This document shows, piece by piece, positions 27,661 through 42,751 of a stretch of 64,000 nt of DNA. A program made the translations under genes and the position numbers. How positions within the stretch are numbered: position 1 is the first letter of the stretch; each line of letters starts with the position of its first letter. Source of the stretch: Flaccisagitta enflata. Its lineage: Eukaryota. The notes beneath the pieces are model-generated. The model worked only from the letters and a program-made list of their open reading frames with translations, made no database searches and was not told where the DNA came from. The stretch spans positions 3,844,001-3,908,000 of the forward strand of contig OZ231126.1 in NCBI GenBank assembly GCA_965153355.1, given 5' to 3'.

Positions 27661-27988
27661 CAGGGTGGCAGAAACAGGGGCACACTTGGCTCATTGTGCC
27701 CCGGAACTATAGCTCAAAAGTCGGACTTACATATTTGATGACGGAAAAAATCGAGGAAAAGAAGAGAAAAATAAGAGGAAAATGGAAGAATCTGAAGGAT
27801 TAATAGGGTTTTAGGTTTGATCACTTTTTATTTGACATGAGAACTCTTAGTTTCTATGAAATTTAAGGTAAGATGCAGAAAACTAGTAGTTTTATGCAAT
27901 TTTTACAAAATAAGTTGATTTTTAAAAGTCGGACTTATAGAGCTGCGAAAATTTGTGCCTCGGACCTATAGAATTTTCTGCCACCCTG
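27661..27988. mobile_element. hAT-like MITE
   Basis: 14-bp TIRs cagggtggcagaaa / tttctgccaccctg. No clean TSD. Confidence 0.65.
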
Positions 27989-28201
27989 GGATTAGGAATG
28001 GAGAGATGTAGGGTTGGAAAGATGTGGCCATGTGGGAAGACAAGGACAGGAAGATGGAAATATGAAAATCTATTAAAGATGAAGATTAACACACAGATCG
28101 GTAAAGTAAGGAACAGACGGATTGGTGAAGTTTATGAACAGATGGACTGGTACATGGAAAAGTGATGTGTGAATCGTTACACTAGGATACGCAAAGGGAA
28201 T

Positions 28202-28816
28202 CTATCTTGGTCGGTCGACCCAACCTGCTTTTAGGCGTATTATGCAGCTTAATGACCAACCTCTTAATGAAAACTTGCTTTTATCCCGACCCTTGGGAGT
28301 TTTCTTGACTTTGTCCCAATAATCCAAGATTTCCTTCTTATGAGTTCGGAATTTTTCCTTGTTCTTTCGTTTTTGTTCTTCTGATGTGACCATCTCCGCT
28401 TCGCAAATAAAAAGAGACTTCCAATGGCAGGGATAAGAGTACCACGTCCATTCAGGCTGAAGAAAATGAACATGAATTCACTCAAGGCAATAATCAAGTA
28501 GGTCCCATAGAGCACTTTAACGATCGACCCACCTACCGACCAACACGGTAAGTTCTAGAGTCGCGTGTCCGCGACTAAAAAAAAAGAAAATGGAAAGTGA
28601 ACCGGGAAATACAATTCTTTCACCGAGATGCGTACATACTGTATATTCCTGGATTTACTTGCATAGTGATAGAAGAGTAAAGCTAGCGCTATGTGACTAA
28701 CCTCTTCATTCATGTCATAACTTCGGTTACTCTTTGTCGGGTCAGCGTAGGTTGCCAGATTTATGCAGAAGGGAACAGTATTCATTTGAGCTTCTTTGAT
28801 GAAGGGGCTGTCAAAC
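28202..28816 (-). CDS. Two exons encoding the C-terminal half of a C-type lectin-like domain
   Basis: Exon 28816-28702 (FDSPFIKEAQMNTVPFCINLATYADPTKSNRSYDMNEE) splices in phase 0 to an exon starting at 28456 (PEWTWYSYPCHWKSLFICEAEM...). This gives the CTLD pattern C...W-x-x-x-x-C-x-x-x-x-x-FICE. The 3' end is uncertain. Confidence 0.7.
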
Positions 28817-29799
28817 CTGAAATCAGAGTGAACAAGGTGTAGTACTTGCGTGCTTCGCATAGCAAAAAATTTGATTTTCTTCTTGTCCCACTAACCCAAT
28901 ATGGAGTGAAAAAAATCATGAAGATGACCGTTTTCTTTTTCTCAAAATTCCTTCATCTTCCGTCTTTGTTTTGGCCTTAAAGTTTACTCAGATTTCCCAG
29001 AATTCAGCAAAATCCTGTGTAGTCTTGTCACAAAAGGAACAATTGTTATCTTTAGAAAACCATGATTTTTATGAAAATAAATCAAAATATCAGAGCATAA
29101 GTTACGTAAAAGCTTGTGAAAAAACAGGTTAACAATTCTCTAAAGAGCAGAAGTTTATAAAAGCTAATTCAGAGAAGATCAGCATACTTTTTTATCCCAC
29201 TGCAATATACAAATTAGGCTCTCAAAAACAATTTTCTAAAAAACAGAAAATAAACAATTTTTGATAAAAGGAAAATGGTAAGGGTCCTAAAATTGCCCAC
29301 TCCACATTAGGTAAAGAGGATGAAAAGAAATAAGCAACTTTTGCAATGTGAAGCACCAAAGTGTAGTACTGGTTAATATGTAAGCCTCGCTGATGAACGT
29401 AAAAACGCTTATGTTTTTATGAATGAATGAATGATTGAATGAATGATTGAATGAATGAATGAATGAATAGGATATTTATCGGATAGATGAAAAACTGGAT
29501 GAATGAATAAAAGATAAGCGTGGCGTTGGACATTGGTATTTTGAAAAAAACCTCAGAATTTTTTTTATTTTCATGAATGCGTTACCCATCGATCAACCAA
29601 CCGACGGACAGAGCCTCTCATACAAGTGAGGATGCACTGAGAAAGCAACTTATTGGATCACGCGTACGCGATTGACAGATTGACAGGATAGATTGTAATC
29701 ATGTGTAGTATTGCTACGAAAACAACTATTTGTTTTAGAAAATCATGAAACTTGTTAGAATAGACTAAAATTTCATTGTTTGAATTGTGAAAGTGCTTA

Positions 29800-30957
29800 C
29801 GACATCATGAACCATATCTTGACACTTGTTCCATCACTTTTTTGCATCATTTTTTTTCTAATGAATTATCCATTCTTGACCAAAAATCTGTTTTGACATG
29901 TGCTATCTGAGCCCATTCATACTATTTTAAAGAATCAGTCTTCAAATTGCATGCTTTGTACAGTAAAATTACCTTAAATTGGCAAAATTTTCAAGCAAAA
30001 TCTCAAAAAAGAGTAAGAATTATTTTAAAGAGGTATCTTTACTGCATTATTATCGACACAAATTGTATAACATGGTCAAATTTCTTTTGAGAGGCTGTTC
30101 ATATCTATCTGACACTAGTATAAAACTTTTTTGCCATATGATTTTTAGCATTTTGGATGTCCTTGTCAAGTAACTTTTAAAAAATGTCAGCTGACAATTG
30201 AATTTCAAAAAATAGGATATTTTACTTCGAAAAATTCATTTGAGGTACTTCCTAATAGAGTTTAGTCATGAAATTTGAATGGTAGTCAAAGGAAGCATTA
30301 AACCTTAAGCATTTCAAATTTTATCAAAATTGGTGGATTTAAAGTATCAATTTTGTGAGTTTTTCTATTTCAAATTGCGAATTTTAAAGTTTTTGAAAAA
30401 AAAAATTTTATCCCCTTAATAACAAATCTTGAACGTAGATGAATATTTTGCATTTTTAAAAACGTCAGACCCGAGATAATGTAATTTACTAGTGTCTGAT
30501 GTTTTTGGTTTTTTTAATTTTTCATTTTCTATGCAAATTTGTTATTCAGGGTGCACCTATGTCAGATTCAACAGAAATATAAAAAAAAGGATGTTTTCTG
30601 TTTAGAGTTTTAAATGGGGCACTTCCTAGTGAAGAAAAGTCATGAAAATTATATGGTAGTTAAATGAAGCACCGAACCATCTGCTTATCAATTTTCATTA
30701 CTATAATATAATTTTTGATATCTATTTATGAATTTTTAGATATCTATTTGTGAAATTCATGAAATTAATCATTTTTAAAAGAAAAATCACTAATTTTTTT
30801 TTCTGATGCCATTTTGCATCAATTTTCTCTGAAAACTACCCAAAGTGACATATATTATCAGCCGATAATATCAGGTGAATTATTTATTTTTAGTGAAAAA
30901 CATGATAAATTTTTTGCTCTTGGCGAAACTCAAGTGTCACAATAATTTTCATTGTGT
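29800..30957 (+). repeat. Dispersed ~1.15-kb AT-rich repeat, copy 1 (copy 2 at 50694-51840)
   Basis: Colinear similarity from gacatcatgaaccatatcttgacact to cacaataattttcattgtgtc, with near-identical spurious ORFs in both copies. Confidence 0.9.
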
Positions 30958-33323
30958 CTTACTTAAAAACCAGATCAACAATTCTATAAGGAGAAGAAAT
31001 TGGTAGTAGCTAATTAAAAGTGTCAGCATATTGATTTATCCCACTGCATTATGCAAATAAGTGCCTCAAAATGAATTTGTAAAAAAATGGAAGATGAACT
31101 ATTTTGATAAAAGAAAAATGGTAAGGGTCTTAAAATTGGTCACACTACATTAGGTAAAAAGGGTGAAAAGGAATAACCAATTTTTACTATGTGACAAGTG
31201 CAACAATTCATCCTATAGCATAAGTGATTTGGTCGTATTCTAGCAGGCTCTAATTTGTAAGTTTACTGTTTTCAAACCCACAGCAATTTAGCTGTTGATG
31301 AAACAATTTTATTTAGATTTAGTGACTTAGGCTCGTAGAAAACTCTGGGCTCGCCTGTGGCTGCATCGCATGATGTTTGCTCTTCATGAAACATGAATCT
31401 TAATCAAAGGTGAACCACCATGTCTCAAGAAAAGCTAGAGGAATGCTCGTCTGTCATTGTTTCTCTGAGCGAAGTGCTCCAAGACAGACACACTGACACA
31501 CAAAATGACAGTGTCTTTATAAAAGCATCTTATGGTATTCTTAGTATTTAAACATCAACTGACCCAAAAACCCACATAATTCGCGAGGACTACATAAAAA
31601 ATGATCAGTGAAATCTGTAGACCTCACATTTTACTATCATATGTGAACAAAAGTAGCTTCAATTCATTTAAGAGAAAAAAAAAAGAAAATGGAAAATAAA
31701 CCAAAAAACACGGTTCTTTCACCAAGATGCATATGTAAAGCACCCAACTAGGATATAAGCCTTGAGGCTAAAATCTGGGCCTTTAAGTTAGAACCTGGGC
31801 ACAGGACTTAATTTGAGCCTCAAAGCTGTGTTTTGAACTTCAAAAGCGATTGATGGACAAAGGAGGAGAAGGAGAAATTTCCCATGTAAAAGCAAAGGTA
31901 ATTTGAAAAAAAAAACAAACAGTCAGGGTTCACCAATGAAAATATCTCAATTCTAAAGGTTTTGAAAGAAAAAAAATGTACCGATTCTTATTTTTTTACA
32001 GAGGGGTCCTAAAAAAGGTATAGAATCAGAATATGATACAATATTCATTTTGGTCTAACTTGGGCCAAAAAAATCAGAAACGGTTTTTAGTGCTAAACAC
32101 AGCCACCTATGCTATAAAATCAGCATTTGTGTATAAGATTTTCAAAATTTTTTTTTAAAAACAAATTTCTTGTTATAATTGATATTTCAGTAAGTTTGCA
32201 ACATTGCACTATATGCCTAAGGGGCCTAAAAATGGTTTTAAAAAGCCAAAAAAAAAGGAAATCATTCAAATTTCTTGAAATTTCAAAAAACAAGCATTGG
32301 AAACAGTGTATTTTGGTAAAAAACATGTTAGGTATGAAGTTTATCCATCTGCTAAAAGAAAGGCGTTATCTGTGAAAAATGCAAAACTGCAATATGAAAA
32401 TGAGATTTAAGGTCACCCGGGACCTCTGAGGGCTGCCCCGGCCCTGCCCCTGCCCAAACATACAGAATTCCATCATCCAATCCAAATCTTTCTAGCTTTT
32501 CAGGAAAAGGGAGTAAAAAAATCGATCTTAGACTTCCAAGAGGAACAAGGTCAAGATAGTTTTTGATATGGAATGCTCTCACTCATACGAATACAAAAAA
32601 AATTTTAACTCACCTTGTTCACTATAGACTTTTTGGGGAAAATGACTTTTGTTGACAGTGATGAGACGACCCTTTTAGACCCATTTCTTATATCTACGGT
32701 CAACTTTTCATTTCCTTGATAGCAGAGCACGCACAATTAAAGTCATCAAGTGACAATGACGCTTTTGTTCATGTCCACAACAAGAACGTTATTACTTTGC
32801 ATTGAAAAAAATCACTTGTAGTTATGATTAACCATCCTTTCTTTCAGATTTATCTGCTTTGATTTTTTTTTTTCTTTTTCAATTTTTCCTAAAAAGAGCA
32901 TATTCATTAGGGAGCGACACATGCTGATGACTATGTTTCTACACAAGGACACAGAGGCTGTCAAATTGCCAAGTAAGCCACCAATTCATGTGACAACAAA
33001 CAAACAAATGAACAAATAAACAAACGAATGAATAAAAGATTACATGAACAAACAAACAGATGAATGAACAACGGAATGAATGAACAAATGAATGAATGAA
33101 GAAACAAACGAACGAATGAATGCTTGAATGAAGAAACTAACACGCGGGGAAACAAATGAAAACATATGTCAAATCATTTCAGGTCCAGAGTAAGCGTCGG
33201 CGATCGCGTGAGTCAGATATGTGTATAGATTCGTCTAATCCACTGGAAAGCGACGCTACGTTGGATCTTTCCCGGTATGAGTAGTTCAGCTGCTTTTGTA
33301 CGTTCTCTCTCACACACACACAC

Positions 33324-33364
<41 letters not shown>

Positions 33365-33656
33365 CGCGCGCACGCACGCACGCACACGCATGCATGCAAG
33401 CACACACGCGCACGCTCGTGCATGCACACGCACACACCCACATACGCACACATGCACGCACATGCATGCACATGCGCAAATGCGATTGAAACATCCTTGA
33501 TGATGATGAAATGTGATAACTTGCCATGTAAGTCTATCAATCAGACAATATCTCCCTTGAAAACAGATCTTTTGGCGTTGATGATTATTTTTTACATCAC
33601 TAAGTCCATGCCCAAATGCTTCATTGTTGCCTAAATGCCTACTCACATGCTTTTAG

Positions 33657-33929
33657 GGTAGCCGTGATTCTAAACTTGCTTTTGACGGAGACGCATACAA
33701 AACGCTGGCCATCTCCTTTTTCTCCCATGCACAAAAAGCATGCTACGAGGTAAGCCTTGGCATTGTTTATCAAAACTTTACCATGGTAGTGGCTGATTGG
33801 GATGGAACACCTTTTTGAGTTGTGGGCAGGCTTTGTCCGTCGGTCCGTCCATTGGTATGTCCATCAGTCCGTTGTTTTGTCAGTCTTTCCATAACGCGCG
33901 AGTCAAATGTTGAAGAAACGCGCATTTGG

Positions 33930-33974
<45 letters not shown>

Positions 33975-35002
33975 GCAATACGGCAGTGCTGCAAAGTTAC
34001 ATCACCTTGCAATAACCTACAAGTTGTAGGGTACAACATTAAAAAGAATTTCAAAAAGACAATTTTCAATAATGCAATGCACGGACGGACCAACTGACAG
34101 ACTGACACAGCAAGGAGTACAATCGCGTGTCTGCGACTAAAAATAAGACAAGTGACAATTGTGGTTGCAGAGCCGCACCTTCTTTGGTCAGCGGTACACA
34201 ACATGAAATATGATAACTTGACGTATTGGTCAGTTGGTCAGTCGATGTCTTTTGGAAACGGCTCTTTTGGCGCTTATATTTTTAGTCGCATGCACGCGAC
34301 TCTACACCCCGCTTTGTCGGTCGGTCCGTCGGTCCGTCGGTCCGTCGGTTCGTCGGTACGTCGGTCCGTCGGTACGTCGGTCCGTCCGTCACACTACTTT
34401 TTCGGCGTTTTTTAGGTTTTTGGCCTCACTGCTCCTGCCCAAATGCTTTGCTGACCTCAAATATTGCTCCTGCCCACCTGCACGCGACTGGGGTAGCCGT
34501 GTATCCGGCCTTGTTTCTCATCACTAACTCTGCCCAAATGCCGTTGCCATTGCGATTAGGGTAACTGCGTTTGCACACTTGTTGCTGGAGGGGGGCATCC
34601 AAAGACTGCCGAGGAATGGAAGCAATGTTTCGTAGGTTGTATTGCGTTGTAAGGAGGAACCGAAAAAGGTAAATGAGTATTTCAGTCATTGTCCTCACCT
34701 ACTGACATCCTGTATTCTGTCAAAATGATAGTTTCGCTAAGGATGTGTTTTTAGTAACAACAAATGTTCCCATTAAATTGATTAATCACTTTTTTAGCGT
34801 GAAAACATATCTATGAATTTCAACCTCCTAAGAGGAAGTGAGTGACGTAGATAAGCAAGGCAGTCATCAGAGCAAGCAGAGAGAGCATAGCAAAGTAAAG
34901 CAAGTCAGCTAAAGAACATGGTGACTGAGTGGCCCATTAAAAACCGGACTATCTGTGACTAGAAACAGGCCCCTAGTAATTCAAACGAGCGAGACAGGAC
35001 AG

Positions 35003-35038
<36 letters not shown>

Positions 35039-35040
35039 CA

Positions 35041-35088
<48 letters not shown>

Positions 35089-35575
35089 CGAGCGCGCACA
35101 CACACACGGACAGACCAAGGGACCGATGGACGGACGAACAAAGCCTCTTATAGTCTTGCGTGTCCACAACTGAAATTGTTATGGGGTATGAAATCAAAGC
35201 TCTTATAATTCTAAGGGGGTTTTTCTAGTCAAAGACAATGGCGTTTCTAATGGGCCACTTGGTCGCTCGCTACGTTCGTTCACTCGCACCGCTCACTCTG
35301 ATGACTCCCTTCACAGCGCTCCGCTTCACTATGCTTGCTTCACTCGCTTGCTCCATTCACGGGCTTGCTCACTCATTTTGCTCACTCCCTTGTAAGACCG
35401 TTGAAATTCTTGAAAATGTGTTCACACTGTGATCGCGTTTTACAGGAGCAAACGTGTTTTACATCTTCACTAGAAACACGCCCTGAGTTGATTGAGCAAA
35501 GCGGCATGTATAATATTCTAATTCTGTTTTTTTCTGTCTCTCAGATTTGGATTGGACTGTTTCGATATGCATGGC
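33657..35575 (+). CDS. Candidate plus-strand exons of a second C-type lectin-like gene
   Basis: 33657-33749 (...LAISFFSHAQKACYE|gtaagc), possibly 34560-34631 (...GGHPKTAEEWKQCF), and 35545-35575 (IWIGLFRYAW) after a strong pyrimidine-rich acceptor. All join in phase 0. Confidence 0.4.
34279..34515 (-). mobile_element. Helentron/DINE-1-like short element
   Basis: tttttagtcgcatgcacgcgact, (gtcggtcc)n, ...cgtgtatccggccttgtt. Confidence 0.8.
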
Positions 35576-35870
35576 GTTTGCTTTATTATCATCTCTAAAA
35601 ATATCAACAAACTTGGCTCTAATTAATTCAAAATTACCAAATTTACGCATTGGATTTGGTGATGGGCTTACGACAAAATGATAACGGGAAAAAGAATTTT
35701 AGACTATGGCCTGAAACTTGAAAACGTTGCAATGATTGGAATCTCATTATTTGCTTCTTTTGAACTAATATATCACTTTTTCGTGTGTCAAAAAATCACT
35801 GCCGCAGCCCTTAGGTATCTGTCATTCCATTCTAGTGTTCCCCAACCTTATTGAATGCGGCTGATGTAAC

Positions 35871-36172
<302 letters not shown>

Positions 36173-36988
36173 CACCGTGCTCACGGGCTCACGGGATGGG
36201 CGTGGGCAGGAGCTATAACGCAGGGGGCAGGAGCAGTGATTTGGTAAGCTGGATGCTGTCATGAGGGTGGGCAGGGGCAATAATGTTGGTAGGCAGACAC
36301 CGTTGTGTTGGTGGGCAGACGCCGTTGTGTTGGTGGGCAGATGTTATAATGCTCAGAAATCATTATCTCACCTGATTTCACATTGACCAGAAATTTGCAC
36401 TTTTTAGCCATGAGGGCAGAAGTAAAGATCGATTTTTTAAAAATACTTCCCATCATAACAGAAGGCAAACAAAGACAGGTTTGAACGCGGCAACTCATGA
36501 CCTTATCACTAATTTTTTTTTAGAGAAATTTAAGAAAAAAATGGTCGACCGTCATGGTGGTCTTAAGTTCTATTTTTCAAAAAGTGGCCTATTGAGTGTA
36601 AAAATGTCATTTTTTATGGCAGCCAATGTAGCTCCCATGAAATGTGAGGTTTCTTCATTGTATACGCCATTTTTGAAAAATTGAACTTTAACCACGTTTG
36701 CATATTGCGGTTTTGCGTTTTTCGCTTAGGACATGCCTATTTTTTGTAGAAGATGGATGAAATTCATACCTGGCATGTTTTTTACATAAATACATTTTCC
36801 AATGCTTGTATTTCAAAGATTATAGACATTTGACTGATTTCCTTATTTTTGGGCTTTTTAAAACCATTTTTAAGCCTCATAGGCTAATGGTCCAATATTA
36901 CAAATTCACTCAAATATCAGTTACTACAAGAACTTTGTATTTCTAAAAAAGAAATATTAAAATTCTATACGAAAGTGCAGATATTATA

Positions 36989-38098
36989 CAGTAGATGTCA
37001 TCTAGACTTGGAAATACGGGGGAGCTCATAGCCTGAGTATCAGTATAGTGAGGGGACTGATATTTTGCTGAAACGATATATAGACCCTAAAGGGTTGACG
37101 ATGGGGTATGGCATCCCCCTTTGGCTTACCCTAGAAAAAAAACTTTCAGTATAAGGATCAATCTTTTTTTTTTTCAGAATTTTAGCTTAATCCATTTGCT
37201 TTAAGTGCAAAACCAGGCTAGAATTCGAACCTGGAACCTTTGACTAAATAAACTGATCAGTATAAACCTGGAGTCAAGTCAGTTAACCAATAAACAATTC
37301 CAGAACCTGATTCACTTAAGCGAATTTGATTTAGTATATTCAAAAGAATTTTCTATTAACAGAGCTGCCATACCCCATCGTCAACCCTATAGGACATAAG
37401 CGTTATACACACACAGTTTCATTTCATTCACACAAATGGTAATTAGGATATGAGGGCCCCCGTATTTCCAAGTATAGATGACATCTACTATCTTGGAAAA
37501 AATAAAAGTCCCAGTAAAACAGTATTGCTATTCATTACTGTTATTTCCTGCACAAAATTCAATTTTTTTGTAGAAATGATTAGTTAAGGCTTTTTTGATA
37601 CCAAATATCATTTGTAATCATTTGGGTAGACATAGATGAAGGTTTTTCTAACAATTTTGTATAACAAGTCCCTTGATTTTCTTAACAATTTTTGTTTTTA
37701 GCATTTTCAGATCAAAGTATATTCATTTTGATATAAAATCTAAACGGTTTGAACTAAAAAAATCTGCTTGGCGGCATTAGACAGATTTTTAGAAGCTCTT
37801 TCAAATGGTCACCGATTTTCATATGATTTTATCATGATAAGCCAAGAAAAAGTAAAAATAAACAGGTCAATTTTCCCCCTCATTTTTTGCATATTTTCTG
37901 TTTTTTGTTGAGGTGAACATTTTCACTCTTTTAGCTCTAAAATCTAAACGAATTGAGCTACATAGCTCTGCTTGGCGCCATTTTGAAGATTTTTTCAAGC
38001 TCTTTCTAATGGTCACTGATTTTAATAGGTTCTCTTAAGTTGTTTCATCACAAATTAGCCATATAGGTGGGACTTTTATTTTTTCCAAGATAGTACTG
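36989..38098. mobile_element. TA-flanked MITE with a second MITE inserted in its right TIR
   Basis: ta|cagtagatgtcatctagacttggaaatacg ... cgtatttccaagtatagatgacatcta[insert]tactg|ta. Confidence 0.8.
37488..38093. mobile_element. Tc1/mariner-type MITE, TA TSD
   Basis: ta|ctatcttggaaaaaataaaagtccca ... tgggacttttattttttccaagatag|ta. Confidence 0.85.
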
Positions 38099-39083
38099 TA
38101 GCAAAAGTAGCTGTTATTAGCACTAAAAACCATTTCTAATTTTTTTGGCCCATGTTAAACAAAAACAAACACAACATTCTGATTCTACACACTTTTTAAA
38201 ACCCCTCTGTAAAAAAATAAAAATCTGTACATTTTTTTCTTTTTTTTTTTTTAGAAATTTTGAATGGGGGACCCTTTCCGCTTCAACTTTTTCTCCGATT
38301 AATGCATCATGAAATTTGATGCCTAACTGCCGCTTGATCTTGGTTTTATCAAAAAGCCTTTTGCGTATTGATACACCCGACTGGGACATCCACTCACCCA
38401 TACTTCTCATAATTGCAAACCAAGTCCTCCAAATTTGGAAGCCTGCCTTCCTTTTTCAGGTAAAGACTCAAAGATTGTTCTTCGTAGAAATTACGGTGGG
38501 TTGACATCAGATAACTTTCCTCCATTTCCATTATCCTAAAGTAATGAGAGACAAGATGGAATGCAAATACACAGTTCAATTAAGCACCTTGATTCGATAT
38601 TCATGAGCGTTTTGAGGAGAATGAGCAAAAAGCACGTCTAGCGTACATATGATACCCATAAGCAACACCGATCCTAATTACAACCTAAGTCGCTGATGTG
38701 TGGCCCAGGCCTCGCACCTTCATAGTCGCAATCCACACGAAAGGAACGAATGAATGGGACACCTTTTCCGTGCTGCATACATTTTATATCCATGACAGTA
38801 AATATACATGTATAATTGTATATTATACCTTTTATGTCTGGCATCGCGGCCTTCGACGATGAACTTGTTTGTCCATACATTGAATGGTCTGTCCAAAAGG
38901 CTCATCCGTTGCTGCGGAGTTCCTTTCAAGACATCCCAACACTCACCCGAGAGATCCATAGTTTTCGTTACATCACCTGGACGAGAAAAAGTCGCTCCGC
39001 AACGACAAAATCCAACTTTTGTTTCCCTTCCTTCCATATGTCTCGACTACTACATTAATTTTTAATCACTGCGAGGCCACGAG

Positions 39084-42000
39084 CACAGTGGGCCTTAACT
39101 GGGTATGAGTTTAAAAAAATCCTCAATGGTAGTGACTTGTATGAGTAGGTACAATTTATAGTGGAGAATTGATGTTAACCCTTAAGAAAAAATTTCCCTT
39201 GAAAATTTTTGCAATAATTGTTAAAAAGTATCAATTTTTGTATGTATTTACATATAGATCTCAAGGATACATCAGTTTCAAAATTCTGACTCAAGATTCT
39301 CATTCCTGGTGAAATTTCCAATCGTTTGATAGGTCACACTATATACTTTTATGAAAAAATAAGATTTTTATTTTTTATGCCACAGTTACAAAGATAGCAA
39401 CGGTGGCTTAAAATATGAAAATCTTATTTTTTTGTAAAAGTATTTAGTGTGACCTATCAAATGATTGGAAATTTCACCAGGAATGTGAATCTTGAGTCAG
39501 AATTTTGAAACTGATATATCCCTGAGATCTATTTGTAAATATATACAAAAATTGATAACTTTATCGACTTCTCTGTTGAGGATCCATGTGAAAGTGACCA
39601 CTTCGCTACTGTGACAAGAATAAGATTGAAAGGTTCTTCTAAAAGAATAAGAAAAGAGGTAATTGACTGGCAAAAATTCAAAGAAATTCAACGTCATGAC
39701 GAAGAAATAAACAATTTGAATAAAAAACTGACTGATTTGCAAAAAGAAATAAATTTCATTCATGTAAGTGACGCCTGCGCCAAAATAGACTATGTGGTGG
39801 AAGAAGTGACGATGTTGATTCAAAGATATAAACAATCAGCGACAAAAACAACAAACAAAATTGTCAATAAAAATTTTAGACTTGCTAAAGACACGAGACA
39901 ATTGATAAAAGAGAGAAGAAACCTTTCGACAAAAATAAAGATAAATAAAGATGTTATTGACGTGACAACGCTAAAATCAGAGTTCAACAACCTTACACGT
40001 GAAATGAAAAAATTTATAAAAAGTGACAAAAGAATCCACTTTGAAAATAAAAGTGAGCAAATAAAAACGACAAAAGACGGAGGAAGGAAATGGCGCTTGT
40101 TCAACGAATTGATGGAAAATAATAGAAAAGACAATCAAGCGACAACCCATTTAAAAAGACCAGATGGTAGTGTTACAACAACAACAAAAGAAATAGTTGA
40201 CGAGCATGCACGACGCCTAGCGGCAACGCATCGACCGCCGACTCCAAACCCAGAAGATGCTGCTGCATACGCGGACTTAGAATTGTTCGTCAACGAAAAT
40301 TCGATGCTGCTGAAGCCACAACGACCCACTGCTGAAATAGGAGACGATCTAATTGATAGCGTCTTCAACTACGACCAAGTTGTGGACGCCATTTCCGGTT
40401 TAAAGACACGCACTGCCCCGGGAGAAGACCAAGTCTGCAACGCATCATTACGTAATCTCCAGAAGCGACAAGTAGAGACATTGACGAGCATCTTCAGGAT
40501 CTGCTACATCATTGGGTACTTTCCGCGCTCATGGAAGAGGGCGCGGATACGGATGCTTCCCAAGCCAGGCAAGTGTGCAACTTTATCAGCAAATTATAGA
40601 CCAATATCTCTGCTTCCTAATATGAGTAAATTGTTCGAAAAGCTGATAAAAAAGACACTTGACCTAGCTGACAGACAATTCGACATCATACCGGAAATCC
40701 ATTCTGGCTTCCGAGTCTCTCGCTCTACTCAGGAAAACTTTGTTCGATTTGGAGAAACGATTGCAGCAAACCGGAAGAGGAAGAAGGTCACGATCGCATT
40801 CCTCATGGATGTGGAAAAGGCCTTTGACGTCCTCGACTACAACATCCTTAAGAAGAGGCTCGTCGACGCACCATACGCCCCTAAGACGAAACTCATTGTG
40901 TCATCTTTCATCACAGACCGCACGCTTTATGTCTACGATGGCGACACGATCTCAGAAACTGTGGAAATGTCCGCCGGCGCCCCTCAAGGCGCCATTCTCA
41001 GCCCATCGTTGTATACGATTTGCGCCCACGATGTCCCAATTATCAACGATGAGGATGAAGGAGGCGCGCAGTATGCAGATGACTATCCTATGGGCAACAG
41101 GAAGAAACGCGAGGGAAGCGGTGGCCCATATTGAAAGACGACTCAAAGTAATGGAAAGGTGGTGCGGAAAGTGGAACATTAAACCGGCGACGGCTAAATG
41201 CGAACTAATCATCTTCAGCAACTCAAAAAGAGAAGTAAGACATCAGAGAAAAACTATCGTAACCACAGAAATGAGGCTAAATTCAGCTAAAAATGTAAGA
41301 CTGAAAAAGCGAGATGATTAGCAGAAGAATGTGGCTTAAAACTCATGAACTCGGACTTGAATTAGAAATAAGAGGTTAAATATCTCGGCGTGACTTATGA
41401 TAAAAAGAACAATTGGGAATCGCATATAAAACTGGTAATTAACAAATGCTATCCAAAAGTGTTATCTATCTGTAGATTGAACCGAAAAATGAATTATAAT
41501 AACAGAAAAGATATCTTACATATATTTGAATCACTTATTCTGTCATGCTTTTACTACTCGTCCATGGCTTATCTGAACATGAATGAAAAGAATTGGGCAC
41601 TGATTGAAAACTTTCTCATCAAATCTATTAAAATGATTTTTGACCTGCCATTACAAATGAATGGAGAGAGAGCACGTGAAATTTTCTATCCATGTACTTT
41701 CCGAGAAAAAATAGAGATTCACGCATTGAAGAGAATTGCGGCAATGTCAAACAGTACAACGATTATGCAACATCAAATCTTTAACTGTAGAGATTACGCA
41801 TTTACTGGTTCACGCGATACTATTTTTGAAAGAGCTATGAAAATAAGTGGCATCAATGAAACTATTAATTGTTACTTGTGCACGATGAACTGTGAACATG
41901 ATTGCGTGAAACCTTTTCAAATTGTCACGAAGAAAGTCTTTTGTCCTTTCTCTTACTCCAACTCCCCCTCCTTCCCCTCCCCTTCCTCCCTCCCCCTTTC

Positions 42001-42628
42001 CCGACCTCCCTCCTTCTTTGATTCTTCCCCCCCCCTCCAAAATCCCCCTCTTGCTTCTTATAAATCAAGCAAAATTCCGTAGTCCTGTTGTCCTATTTGA
42101 TCGCGAGAGAAACGTATTGAACCTTGTAGGAAGCCGATTTTAAAGCTTCCTTATCATTATTTTTTAAATGTGAAAATGCGTAGCTAGTAAACATACGCAA
42201 ACCTACACCTGATGTAAAATTCTATTTCGTTTTTGATACCTAACGCGGGCACCGCGACGATCTCCAATGCTACGTCGTCATGTTTGTTATAGATAGAAAG
42301 TTTTTATCAACAACGTAAGTGTAAACATTCACTGATTGTGATATCAAGCGTGTACTATTCATCATTTCGTTCGTCTTATGTTGGAGATTCTGCGATGAAT
42401 ACTGTTGTATTGATGATTGTGTCGGTGAAAATACCTCAAGGAGCCGCCACCGAAGTGGTCTCAGGGTTATGAATAAATCTTTCAATTTCAATGATTTTTG
42501 CAAAAATTTTCAAGGGAAATTTTTTTTTGAGGGTTTACATAAATACTACAACATAAATTATACTTACTCATACAAGTCACTACCACTGGGGATTTTTTTA
42601 AACTCATACCTAGTTAAGGCCCACTGTG
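39084..42628. mobile_element. Palindromic CMC-type (Chapaev/Transib-like) MITE interrupted by a LINE
   Basis: cgag|cacagtgggccttaact ... agttaaggcccactgtg|cgag (4-bp TSD). Palindrome centre at ~39392; the right arm breaks at ~39561 and resumes at ~42490. Confidence 0.85.
39562..42491 (+). mobile_element. 5'-truncated LINE (Jockey/I-group-like RT) with frameshifts
   Basis: ORF 39611-41134 has APGED, WKRARIRMLPKPGK, NYRPISLL, GFR, DVEKAFD, GAPQGAILSP and QYADD. It frameshifts just after YADD and continues with KYLGV and the 41390-42082 ORF. The 3' UTR ends aataaatctttcaatttcaat. Confidence 0.92.
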
Positions 42629-42751
42629 CGAGACAATCTTCATGAAGTGCGCCAAAGCACCTCTATAATAGGCTGTGTCCGTTGGTCAGTGAGTCGGCTG
42701 GTCTGTTGGTCGGGTAACGCATTCGTTCGACGATCAACCCGGCGCACCTTA

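Noticed and set aside
38300-39060. Definitive exon assignment in this complex-sequence block
   Set aside because: Several plausible GT-AG exons exist on both strands, but no unique phase-consistent path could be fixed by eye.
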